Assembly (NCBI GenBank): GCA_000002435.2
Contig: CM018791.1
DNA from: Giardia intestinalis
Taxonomy: Eukaryota
Reading direction: 5' to 3' (one strand)
Length of the DNA stretch: 64,000 bases
Position 1 is the first letter of the stretch. Each line of letters opens with the position of its first letter. Positions 1 through 10,900 of this stretch are shown here, piece after piece. Made by a program: the position numbers and the translations under genes. The notes under the pieces were generated by a model. That model did not search any database. It saw only the letters and a program-made list of their open reading frames with translations, and was not told where the DNA came from.

Positions 1-71
1 TCCCTCTGCAGTTGCTTCATGGCATCTAAGAGTTGCTGGACGGTGGCCTTCGGTGAGAGTTCCGCTCCCAT
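1..71 (-). CDS. 5' fragment of a gene running off the window start (N-terminus MGAELSPKATVQQLLDAMKQLQR...)
   Basis: ATG at 69-71 (minus strand) preceded by an A-rich initiator-like stretch ('cgaaaaaaATG'). The reading frame is open to the window edge. Only about 23 codons are visible, so identity cannot be assigned. Confidence 0.25.
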   Translation of the reverse strand, partial: MGAELSPKATVQQLLDAMKQLQR

Positions 72-121
72 TTTTTTCGATTATACTAAATTAACTTTTT
101 TGGTAAGGGATGCTCAATTAC

Positions 122-1801
122 TTAATTGTCGACACTGGAAAGATCTATGGAAATAAAGCACGTTGTGCCAAGGGCAGAAACAAATAGCACAACACCAAGG
201 ATGAAACTTACCCAGGAAAGGGCGCGAAGCCGCTTGAGCCTGCTCGTATTTCTAAAGATCTTCTCTTGAGCAAGCTGAACAGGGCCCACATAATAGTTGT
301 TATAGTATCGCTTGAGCGTCTCTCCACCCTCTCCCAGCTCGGCCTCAAGGGACTGGCGCATGCTTCTTTGCTTTCGACTTCGCACAGGCTCCACCAGTGC
401 TGCTGTGTCGTCATTATATTTGAGGAGCTTGTGCGGCTTTTCATGCTGCTCTATCGCTAGACGGAGACGGAGGGCTCGGCTAAATTGCTGATTGTAATGA
501 CTTTTAGGGTTCAGAAATGAAAGCGTGAAGATTGCGGGGAAGATGAATACCAACGGAACACCTGCGAGCATCCCAGTCAGGTCCAGGACGATCCCCACGT
601 CGTTGACAAAGCACCCTATCAGTGCGGTGAAGACGACGACGGTCAAAGAGATGAGGATGGACCACTTACGGCGCACATATTCTGTCTGAAATATCGCGTC
701 TTCGACGGCCCGGCGGAGAGCAAAGCACACGACTGGAAAGGAGAACACAAGGACGAATATTATGCCTATGTCGGCAATCTCACTCCAGATGTGCGCAGAT
801 GGGTACTCCGCCAGATTCAGGAGGATGTCTGGAAGACACTGGTCAGTGAACATAAAGTAGCCTGCCAGTCCGACCGTTACATTCAACAGTGCAACAACGA
901 CTGCAACGATGACTATAATGTGCTTCATTTTCGTCAGGCTCTTGTTCCGTACTTCCTTGTAAATATTTAGACTGTTGTAGTGTCCACAAAACGTGATTGA
1001 CAGGGACGCCACTGCCAGGATCAGATTCAGTGAGGTGCTGACGGGGACAGGGCTTCCTTTCTTAATCGGACGAACAATATTTTTATTTATTATCGACGAA
1101 CTATTACTAAGGATTGCAAAGGACAAAATCATAACCATGAAGTATATGAGACATACTATGCTTAGCAGAGAGGTAAGCCATAAAGAGTTTAAGTTCCTCA
1201 ACAGTGAAAGGGGAAGGATCGCTACAAGGGAAACTGCAATGAGTGATAGCTGCCCGGCCCACTCCAGTTCGGGGTTTGCAGAGAAGAAGAACATGCTTTC
1301 ACGAATGAGCACAGTGAAGGCCATGAGAAGCCCGAGGGTCAGAGCAATGATGAGGATGTTGACCAAATTTCCGACGTGCCTGTTGTAGAGCTTCTGAGCG
1401 ATTGCACCGTAGTTGAAGACCTGCAGGGCATCTGAAATGAAGCTCAAAAGATAGAAGGAGATGGAGCCAATGACGATCACAAAGATCATCGAGAACAAAC
1501 CTATCACCCAGCCGGAGCGCATGACGGTATACGGAAGGGCCAAGAGTCCGGCGCCGCTGATCGTGTTTATTAGGTTAATGCTACTAGATAAGATGCTTGC
1601 TGTGCCCTCAAAGGGCACCACAAACTGATCCGAGATGTCGCTCATGAAGGACACTTCGGAGTCAGACGAGGGCTCAAATTGACTAAATGATAAATCCGGA
1701 CCAATATAACTGGTGTACATCCCCCGCTTTTCACCTGGGTGATGTGTGCGGATGGATCCCGCACGTGGGCGCACACGCTCGTTTGTGTTCGAAGGCTCCA
1801 T
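122..1801 (-). CDS. Amino acid transporter, Aa_trans/AAAP-family membrane protein (559 aa)
   Basis: Uninterrupted ORF with ATG at 1799-1801. There are about 11 hydrophobic helices. The N-terminal region 'LINTISGAGLLALPYTVMRSGWVIGL' is typical of the eukaryotic amino acid/auxin permease family. An A/T-rich initiator ('tttttaatttttt') lies upstream. Confidence 0.72.
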   Translation of the reverse strand: MEPSNTNERVRPRAGSIRTHHPGEKRGMYTSYIGPDLSFSQFEPSSDSEVSFMSDISDQFVVPFEGTASILSSSINLINTISGAGLLALPYTVMRSGWVIGLFSMIFVIVIGSISFYLLSFISDALQVFNYGAIAQKLYNRHVGNLVNILIIALTLGLLMAFTVLIRESMFFFSANPELEWAGQLSLIAVSLVAILPLSLLRNLNSLWLTSLLSIVCLIYFMVMILSFAILSNSSSIINKNIVRPIKKGSPVPVSTSLNLILAVASLSITFCGHYNSLNIYKEVRNKSLTKMKHIIVIVAVVVALLNVTVGLAGYFMFTDQCLPDILLNLAEYPSAHIWSEIADIGIIFVLVFSFPVVCFALRRAVEDAIFQTEYVRRKWSILISLTVVVFTALIGCFVNDVGIVLDLTGMLAGVPLVFIFPAIFTLSFLNPKSHYNQQFSRALRLRLAIEQHEKPHKLLKYNDDTAALVEPVRSRKQRSMRQSLEAELGEGGETLKRYYNNYYVGPVQLAQEKIFRNTSRLKRLRALSWVSFILGVVLFVSALGTTCFISIDLSSVDN

Positions 1802-1915
1802 GCAGCGCCTATGTTTTTAATTTTTTCGCCGTAGCACAAGCCAAAATGCCTGAGTGCACGCATTCCCCATATGGTGCAGAGCTCAGAGCTGTACTTGCTA
1901 CATATATCTGGGTGC

Positions 1916-4900
1916 TCACATATCTTGTAAGAAGAGCTCTGGATACGCACGGGTCAGATTTCCAATCTTCTCCTTCATAGATGCAACGTCTTGCATGGCA
2001 TTGTCTATATCGTTGAGAAGCCTTTGCCTGTCCTGCTCGGCCGCCTCGTCTTCTATGTACGCTGCATTTTGCTGCAGGACGCTTACTGATGCCTTTGTCG
2101 CTGTCGCACGAGACATTGCCTCTGTGCACTGCGTCTCGGCAGTAGTAATCGCGTGCTTTTCCTTCTGGATTGAGCGCCGCAGGTTATTCTCTGTCACAGA
2201 AGATTGGCGCCGGATTTGGTTGATTGCCTGTTCTAAGCGCTGCTTCTCAGCAGCCAAGGACTCACGCTCTACCGATAGCTTCTTTAGCTGAATAAGCTGA
2301 ACCTCCGCATCTGTGCACAGCTTGATTCCTCCTTTCACCGCAGCCTTAGAGAGCTCTGGAAGAAACTTCTTGGCAGCTAAACCATATATTGAAGCCCCTT
2401 TCCCTTCCACTGCTAGCTGAGTCCCAGCCTTGTCAAGACCTGGAAGAGAAGACTTATTACTATCACTGTCACCCATCTTTTCTGGGTGACGGGCAGACTC
2501 GACTCTATTTCTTTTGGCCGCGAGCCCATCAATCTGAGCGCGCAGCTCAGTTGTCTCTGATGTCTTATCTGCTATTATCGCCTGCAAGTTGTGCACTCTA
2601 CTCCCAAGAGTCAGCTCTATCTCCTTTCCGCGGGCAGAGGCTATCCATATATCCTTATTGTATTTGGAAAGCTCGTCTCCTATTGAGCTTAAAAGGTCTG
2701 ACAACTTCGTCCTGAGATGGGAAATGTACAGATTACTGAAGTTCCGTTCTAAATGCAAGCGTATACGCACATTTCCCCACTCCTCCGTTAGGTCCTTGAG
2801 CATGGCGTCATACTTGGCAATGATATCGTAGTCATATTCTCCGAGGTTGTCATCGCCGATCGCACCCGTGGCACGCTCTGATGCAGGGTTTTGCTGAGCA
2901 AAATCCTTGGATATATAGCCCAGTGTAGTCATGTACGACTTTCTCGTGTTCAGCACTGCCCTATGTATCGTATCCTGCTTACGGCTTAGTAATAGATATC
3001 TGTGGCGCTTTGCTAGGAGTATACTATCGTAGAGGAGAAGAATCCGGCGGCTCATCTCTGCATGAAGAGCGTTCCTGAGGCAAGTTTCCTTGATGTGCAA
3101 CGATTTGACATTGTTGTAGCATTCCAGTGTCATGGTTGTGAGCTCCTCAGTATAGGCAGTGGCTACAGGGTTCAGCGATGCCAAAGCTCTTCGTGTGATC
3201 TCCTCCCGTAGGGCATGCTTTCGGGAGTGGAAAGCCTCTATGTTTCGATAGTTTTGCTTATAAAGCTTCAGCCCAAGAGCTCCTGTGCGCTTACCAATAA
3301 TATCTGTGAAGTAACTTTCAATTGCAGCCATTGACCCTGCAACATCGACCGCCAGGTCGTTGAACTTCTCGGTGACATTCTCTACTCTGAAGAGGAGCAG
3401 CTCCAGGGAAAATCGCTCCTTTTCAAGTGAGCTAGTGCTCTCAGATAGAGGAGGCGTTGCAGAAGCTTTTGGCAATAGAGACGTGCTCACATAAGAGGGC
3501 ATGTCAAGTGTATAGCTTAGTGCGTTTGCATGGGCTGCAGTATACACACTGGATAGTGTATAAAGAAAAGACATCGGGTTCCTTATCTGAACCCCCAGCA
3601 GTTCGCGTTTGAGCTTAGATGCCAACCTAGACACCGTGAAATTGATGAAGCCAGACATTATCCGGATAATATACATGTTCATGAGCGAATAGTCATCGAA
3701 GCTCAAATATGCTTGATCGAGGCTATCAACTGCCTTAGCTTTTAACTGCTTTATAGCGGCATCTCCTCCCTCAATGATACCGGTCTCTAGTATGTCCACA
3801 AGTGCCTTTGTTGCTTTAATCTTTGCTGATAGAGCAGCACTGTTAGAAAGTCCCGCGTCCCTGAAGCCCGAGGTGCTTATAATATCGCTTGGCATGGTGT
3901 CGACGAGTCCTGAGGCCAGTCCCATGGATACTATTATAGATGGAGGGATTTGCTTGAGAGATGATATCCCAAAGGATGCCTTAGCATTTGAGCGCTCACG
4001 ACTAAGAACATTTGCCATCTGGCTTAGTCGCACCCCCTCGCCTATGGAAGACAGGAAGTTAATGTAAGCAGATCCTAAAGAGGAGGCACCGCTGCCAAAG
4101 TCTATTGTCGCATCTGTAAGGGCGTTGTACTTGTTAAGTCCTGCAAGATTGTTCTCAAGGTATCCAATTCTTCTCCAGAGCTGTCTCATGGCTATACATT
4201 TTATGTTTTCGCAAAGAACTTCTGTCTGGACGCTTCGCAGGATGAAAAGACACTCCTGGAAGGATTGCACATCGGCCTTAACCGCTACCTTGTCTGTTGT
4301 TCGCTCGGACATATATACAAAAAGTGGTAAAGCTAAGAATGTTTGCATATCCCGCTTCTTTAGAGCGACAAGTGTTGGACCTTTGCTTCTATCAAAGACG
4401 CTCCTCTTTTTGTTAAGCTCATCCTCTTGCTGGCGTGTTTCCTGTAGCTTTTTGATGAACGGTATACGCATCATTTGTAAGGCACGTTGCACCCCAAAGA
4501 TCCCAACGGGAGAGAGAAGTGCAGAGTGCTTATGGTTATCATTAAACCCGTGCAGCCGCAAGTAGAGCCTCTCGAGCCTGTCCTGCTCAATTATCCGGCT
4601 TGCTAATATGCTCTCTATCTTTTTTCCGGCCCACGATGACTTATCGCAAGACGGTGAGTTACTCTTGCCTTCTGCCATGTTTGTGCCCGCATCAGTCTCT
4701 ACCTCCGCACCATACCCGGGTTGCTCACGCTCCTTGTTGGACGAGCGAGTCAGTTCGGTTATGCAAAGAGCATCCAACTCTAGTGATGTTAGTCCAGCTA
4801 GCAGAGAGGCACTTTGATCTGTTATCATGGCAGGAAGATACAAAGACCCAGGGAATATCTCCGAGTCTGTCTGAGGGGAGCTAGGACTGGGGACAGCGCT

Positions 4901-7900
4901 CTCTCCAAAGTCCAAGTCAGTGCTCAGATTTGCCGTGCAAGCAACAGAGGCTCTAGTGTCGAGCACGCTGTGCTTACGTTGTTTGAGTAACGTGAAGTCA
5001 TAGCACAACCCAAACGGGAAATAGGCCCCAATAGAACCATTAATACCAAACCCATTGGCAAGAGCGCGGATGTGTAGAGGACTAGAGTAGGGGGCATTAT
5101 ATGTGTTGATGTAAGAGAAGCTTGTAAAAGCTCGTATCGTAGATGGAATATAGGGACGTATTGTTAAAGGAGAAGCTTGTTGGGAGCCACAAGATAAGGA
5201 CCCCGAAATATAGTGGAAAACGACAGGATCCAGTAGTAAGGGAAGCCGATTTGTCAGGCCAGAACTTGAAATGCCGATCTTGTAAAGCTGAATGCGAGCC
5301 ACAGCATTTGTTAATGCAAATCGAGAGTGGAAATTAGAGATGCCGTCCATAACAGGGATATTCATGCATGCCATGAGAGACATGGTAGGTCCTGCAGCAT
5401 AGGAGGAGGTAGGATGGGACGAAAATACTGATCCAATCTGATAGTCAGCGGTCCTTTTGATATTTGCTTGCAAAGGGTATGTGAAATTCAACTTCTTTTC
5501 ACCATCGTTATCTGGAATATTCTGGTCGCTAGGTTTCGAGCCATTTGTTTCTGTGTGCTTTTCTGGATCAAGAGTTACCACAACGTTACTGTTCCGAGTG
5601 CAATATGAGGCAATTGAAGTATGTGGATGCTCTATCGCCGAGCGCACCATCTTGTTATGGTAATAGAATGGGGTCTTAAGGGATACGTCGTATGGTTCTA
5701 AACATTGATGCTTCAGTTTTAACTCCGAACTGCTTCTAGAGACAGTATCTATGGAATTGCCTGGAAAAGGCGTATATGGGCTTGCGCCTGCGTTCTCTTT
5801 CATGCTTCTTTGAAGAGCAGTTGTGGCCAGCTTCGTATAGAGGGCAGTCGGGTGTACTTCTAAATTAAAGCCATGCATGCCGAGCTGATAGTTGTACCTC
5901 ACTGCCAGGATCTGGGCTGTCCGTAAAAATGAACGTGCAGCTAGCCCCAGTCCTTTATGGACATAACTATTTGTTGCATGGGCCACTGTGGACAGGAGAA
6001 GCAGGTCAACACGGTCTTTCATCTCAATCAGCTTCTTGACAAAGATGTCCAGCTTGCAGTACTCGAGATTCCGCTTGGCCGTGTCATACAATACATAGAT
6101 GTCATCCTGCGTGTTTTCTAAGGTACCCTCAAGCTCCATCTCCATCACTCGCGTCTTTGACTGCACTGTAATAGCCTCCCTATCCACCAGCACTGTCTCC
6201 TGGCGCTTCTCTCCCGTATTTATTGCTTCCTCTGGAAGAATATATGACGAGTTCTCCTTTATGTCACGGATCACCTTGGAGTCTTTAGGCCTAGCATACC
6301 CTTTCACAGAGATAACGCTCAGGTATTCATGGACCACACTTGTCAATGCGCAATTCATGCTCTGAAGCTCCTTGTCTTCCAGATAAATGCATGAAGGAGT
6401 GAGAAGTGCGAAGAGATCAGTAGCGCTGAGGGCTTTTGCTTGGTCACCCTGGTTAACGTGATCACCGGAGCGCACGAGAGGGCCATCAGACGGGAGATGC
6501 ACGTTGAGACTGTGGCCTTTGTTTAGGTGCACGGTTACGTGTTGCAATTCAGGCATGAACTTTAGTTCATCGTTAATTATGCCGGCAGCAAACCATATGT
6601 CGCTGGAGTTAAGCAAGGTCTTAATAACCGCATACTGTACCACAGAATCCAGGCACGTTAGATACACGAGTATGATTTCCAAAATGGATATCTGATTGCT
6701 TTCTAATTGAAACGTAATAGGGTGTGGTATCGTGAAAGGATTGCTCAGGAAGCCTTCTGCAGTGAGTATCATTTCGGTAGAGTTCATGTTTGGCGCTTGC
6801 TCCAGTACTCCTCGATACAAGGGAGGAGAGTCCAGCAAAATGGTGAGCTTGTCCTGGTTAATCTCTTGTAGCACGCTTCGAAGCGCAGAGAGCTGCCCCT
6901 TGATCTGCGCCGTTATGGCAGTCCGTTTTGTCTCGGTAAGAAGGGCTTGGCAGCACGTGTAAAAGAGGGCCTGACGGTATGCAAAGAGAGCAGCTGGATT
7001 GGGATCATCACTATGAAATTGCTTGGTACGATAGCGGAACTCTGCACTGGCCAACAATGCAATCTTGCTTAGTGTTTCTTCTGAGGACACATAGTAGATA
7101 TTAGACAAATCTAGTGGAACAGTACGGTCTGATGAAACAAAAAAGCTGACTTGGTCCTTGGTTGCATTAACAAGAGGAATGGAATTAGCGAAAAACAAGC
7201 CTACCTTCATGCACTTGTACTTGTGCATAAACGCCGACTGTGTCTCGACAGGATCCATTGCAATCAAGCTATTGACAAGGTGTCTCCTACGTGCAAAGGC
7301 ATCGTAATATCCATGAACAGCCTTACTCATCACTGCAAAGACAGCTGAAAACTGATTATTCCTAATTACAGCTGACCTGTACGAATTGAGGCATACCTCC
7401 GTGTGCGCTGTTCTCCCGAAGATCCCAGTTACCCCCTGAAGGAAATCGGATATGAGGGGAGAGTCGCAAACACCCTTTATGTTGCCGGAGTTCAGCACTT
7501 CTTGAAGCGTCTCTCCCAGGATCGTCGTCATCTTGGTAGATATTCCATAGCCAAGGTCAAAGTCTTCTGAGAGAAGGCACGTCAACAAATGTATTGGGCT
7601 CTCTGTGTTAACGGTGAGAAGGTAGTGCATTGCTTCAACGTCAATTGTTGCTAGAAATGGAAGATTGTTAAGGAGCGCATCATAGGATACATACTCCTTA
7701 TAGTTGTACGCTTCTGCTGCAATCTCCTCTGACATCTTGGACTGCATGTTAGTATTTTTTAGCACACTGAAGTCAGTGTAAGAGCGATTGGCCAGTACAT
7801 TCTTAGACGCTCGTGCAGTTGTGGCGGAAAAGCTGCTCGCAAGAACCAGCCGTGGAAATAGGGGTATGCAATTTCTAGAAATGACTTCGCCGGTGAACAC

Positions 7901-10900
7901 CTCCACCTGACTTAGCTCGACGTTTCTAAGAACATGCGAAAAAACAGTTGCTGTGGCCAGAAGATGCCTACTCCACAACAGGTTAAGGAGTAGAACAAGC
8001 AGGAAGAATGGCATAGGGAGAACGTCGGGGTATCCTTCCCAGATGCGAAGATCGGTGTCCTTCAGTAGATTTGAAACTTGTATTCGTGCTCCCTGGTCCA
8101 GATAAATAAAGATATCCTTCAGCGTCACAGACCGTGCAAAGTGCTCGGCCAGCGGGCCAAATTCAACGCTATCTAGTTCAATAAAGTCCGCTTCTATCGG
8201 GTCGATATCGTTTAAGTTCTTGCTTGGGCCATCTGGGTCATTGAATGCAGAGAAGTTAGCTGTTGAAAAGGTTGAAATACCCCCATAAGTTGTTGAAAAC
8301 ATAGCTGACCCCGGGCTCGCTGTCCCATCTCGCACAGAAAGACTAAGATCGTCTTTTGTCGTTACTCGTAGCGTAGAAGTGCCCACTGCACTGCCCACTG
8401 CACTTTGGTCTAGTACGCTCTTGGTTGCTACCTCAGAGGTGTTATTTTGAACTGACTTGGTTAAATTGTGTGCACTCCCAGTTGCGGATGGAGCCCTAGA
8501 CCGTAACTTTTTGCGAAGCGCACTGCCCGCGCGATCAGGTCGTCGCTTAGCAGCCTTTTGCTGCTGCTCTAAAATTTGCTGTGCGCGCTCCGCCTTTTCC
8601 TTGATGGTAAGGGTGCCCTTTCCTATGTATCCGCCTCCCGCCGGAACCATAAGCCCAATGAGACTGCATACAAGCCTCTCGGCCACAATGTTCTTGTCTG
8701 ACGAGACTGTGTTACAAATGGACTTGTCGCTATCTGCCTTCTTCTGCACCATTGCGGTTTCAAGAAGATGAATCAGAGGCCTAGAACAACCAAGTAACCC
8801 AGAATTTGTGAAGATCTGCGTGTTTTTGGGCAAAGTACTTCCATTAGCTCGCCACAACTTGATCAAGCGAACTGACTCCCTTGCAAACACCCGTGCGACA
8901 GAGAGTCTACAAGTAAGCGATAGCTTCGCCGTGTAAATTGGAAAGCTGTGGACTTTGTTCATGGGCGCACCATCTGAGGTAGAGAGAACGGTCTGAACAG
9001 TGGTGAAGAGTTTTGGGTTAGATTCTGAGATGAACGCTCCAAAGAGCTCTGCAGACGCTTGATTCAAGGCAAGAGGAATTCTGTACAGTTCTGAGAGAGT
9101 GGGAATGTATGCACCTACAACATGGCATCTTGCAGGAGTACAGGGTGACTGTATGCTGAAGAATGACTCGGGATCTTTCTCTAAGCTCTGGGGTACGTGT
9201 CCAAATGGAAAGACTGTGAACCCAGCATGCCTACTGGCCCACTTATCTTCATTCCTAGTTGACTTAGAGGTGTCCAAATCTTTTTGTGAGATAAAGGCAT
9301 GATCTACATGAGAGCTGACCTTCGTATAGTGGTGCTTCATCTCATGATCAATGGCAGAAGTTAGAATACCCACAAGATGGTGCATTGTTTTTATCTCAAC
9401 TTCTAAAGGATATGCAGGGTGTGGAAGCATTCTGACAGTTAGGGCCGCCGCAGAAATGACTGGAAGCTCGCTCACGCTGTGGTTTGCCAAGAGGCCCGAA
9501 TCCAGGTCGTCTACGTTCAGCTCATCGTTAAAGCAGGGCATGGATGGGTACGAAAGAAAGCACTTTGGCCTGTTTTTGGCTAAGTTGTAGATAACTTGTT
9601 GGATCTCCCTTGCCTTTCCTACATCATATGTATGCAGAAGTGACTCGTAAATGCACGATATAGCCTTTCTCTTAGCGCAAAGGTACTGAAGTTCGCGGGT
9701 TAGTACGTCGTACAGGATGCCCAGCCGATCTACAACCGTTTCCAGGGAGACGGAGTCTACTAGAGCTTTGTCTGCCTTCCCCAGATTTTCATACATGTAC
9801 TTGTTACCCAGCTTGGCTAGATTTGGAGAACTCTCTGGGTCCTTATTTTCATCTAAAAGGTACCGGTAGAAGCTGCTTCTCTTGAAGCAAAGCCGCAAGG
9901 CAGCTGTCTTCATGCGAGCAAAGACTCTGGAGATGTAGATGCTTATCGCAATGTGGTCATCACGCAGGATGGCAGCAACATCTGCTATTGCAGATTGGAA
10001 TACTAGCTTCTTACGACTAAGGGAGTACACGCCGTCCTCAGCAATCAGAAAGAGGTGATTGAGTGCACTATCGCTAAGCTTTTGCGGGATATCAGCTGTA
10101 TTCAGAGGTAGAGCGTCGTGTGCTGATGTCTGTAACGAGGCAGATGCAGATTCGCCTATAGCCATACTATCTTGAAGAGTCTGTGTCCTCTTGAGATAGA
10201 GGAGGCTGTACCAAAGTTTGTCCAGTGGTGAAATATAGCTTGGTAGACTGTCAGTATTGATCAAATCGTTATATGTGTACTCGCACTGCCCTGCTATACG
10301 ACAGGCTGCATCGCTCGTACCGGGGATGTTAGTGGGCGACCGGCAAATTACTTTTTCTCCAGCCGAACCACCTGAATTTCTTTGAGCCCCCAGCAGAGGG
10401 TCCTTAGCAAAGTTTGTGCTCGAATACTCAATGGGCTGTACATTCAAAATTACGTCTAGCTCTGTTTTTGCAGCACCATCTGGGGTCTCTTTCTCTGCTA
10501 ATTCAGCCTGCGATCTGCAATGTGATTGTGATACTCCTGGCTCCACATCCTCGTATTCAACGGGGGTCTTTCGCAGTTCTCGAAGAGGAGATCTTAGAGG
10601 AGACCTAGTCGTTTGTACTCCTAATGCTGTGGATGGGCGTGGTGGCAACACCCGTTTCGAGGACATGGCAGGACGCTGTGGAGACCTAGATGGACTGCAT
10701 GAGTCTTCGTGAGCATCCTTTGAATAAGTAATGTCGCTAACTCGTGAAAAGTCGCCTCCAAGAAAGTCAACTAATACGCGTGTATTAGCCAATATGGCAT
10801 GGATCTTTGTCATTTCTAACACCATGTCTGTCCACATCTTAGAGAGGGCAATGAACCGTATATAAGTCAGTGCTGTGTAGAGTATTTTGTACAAATACGA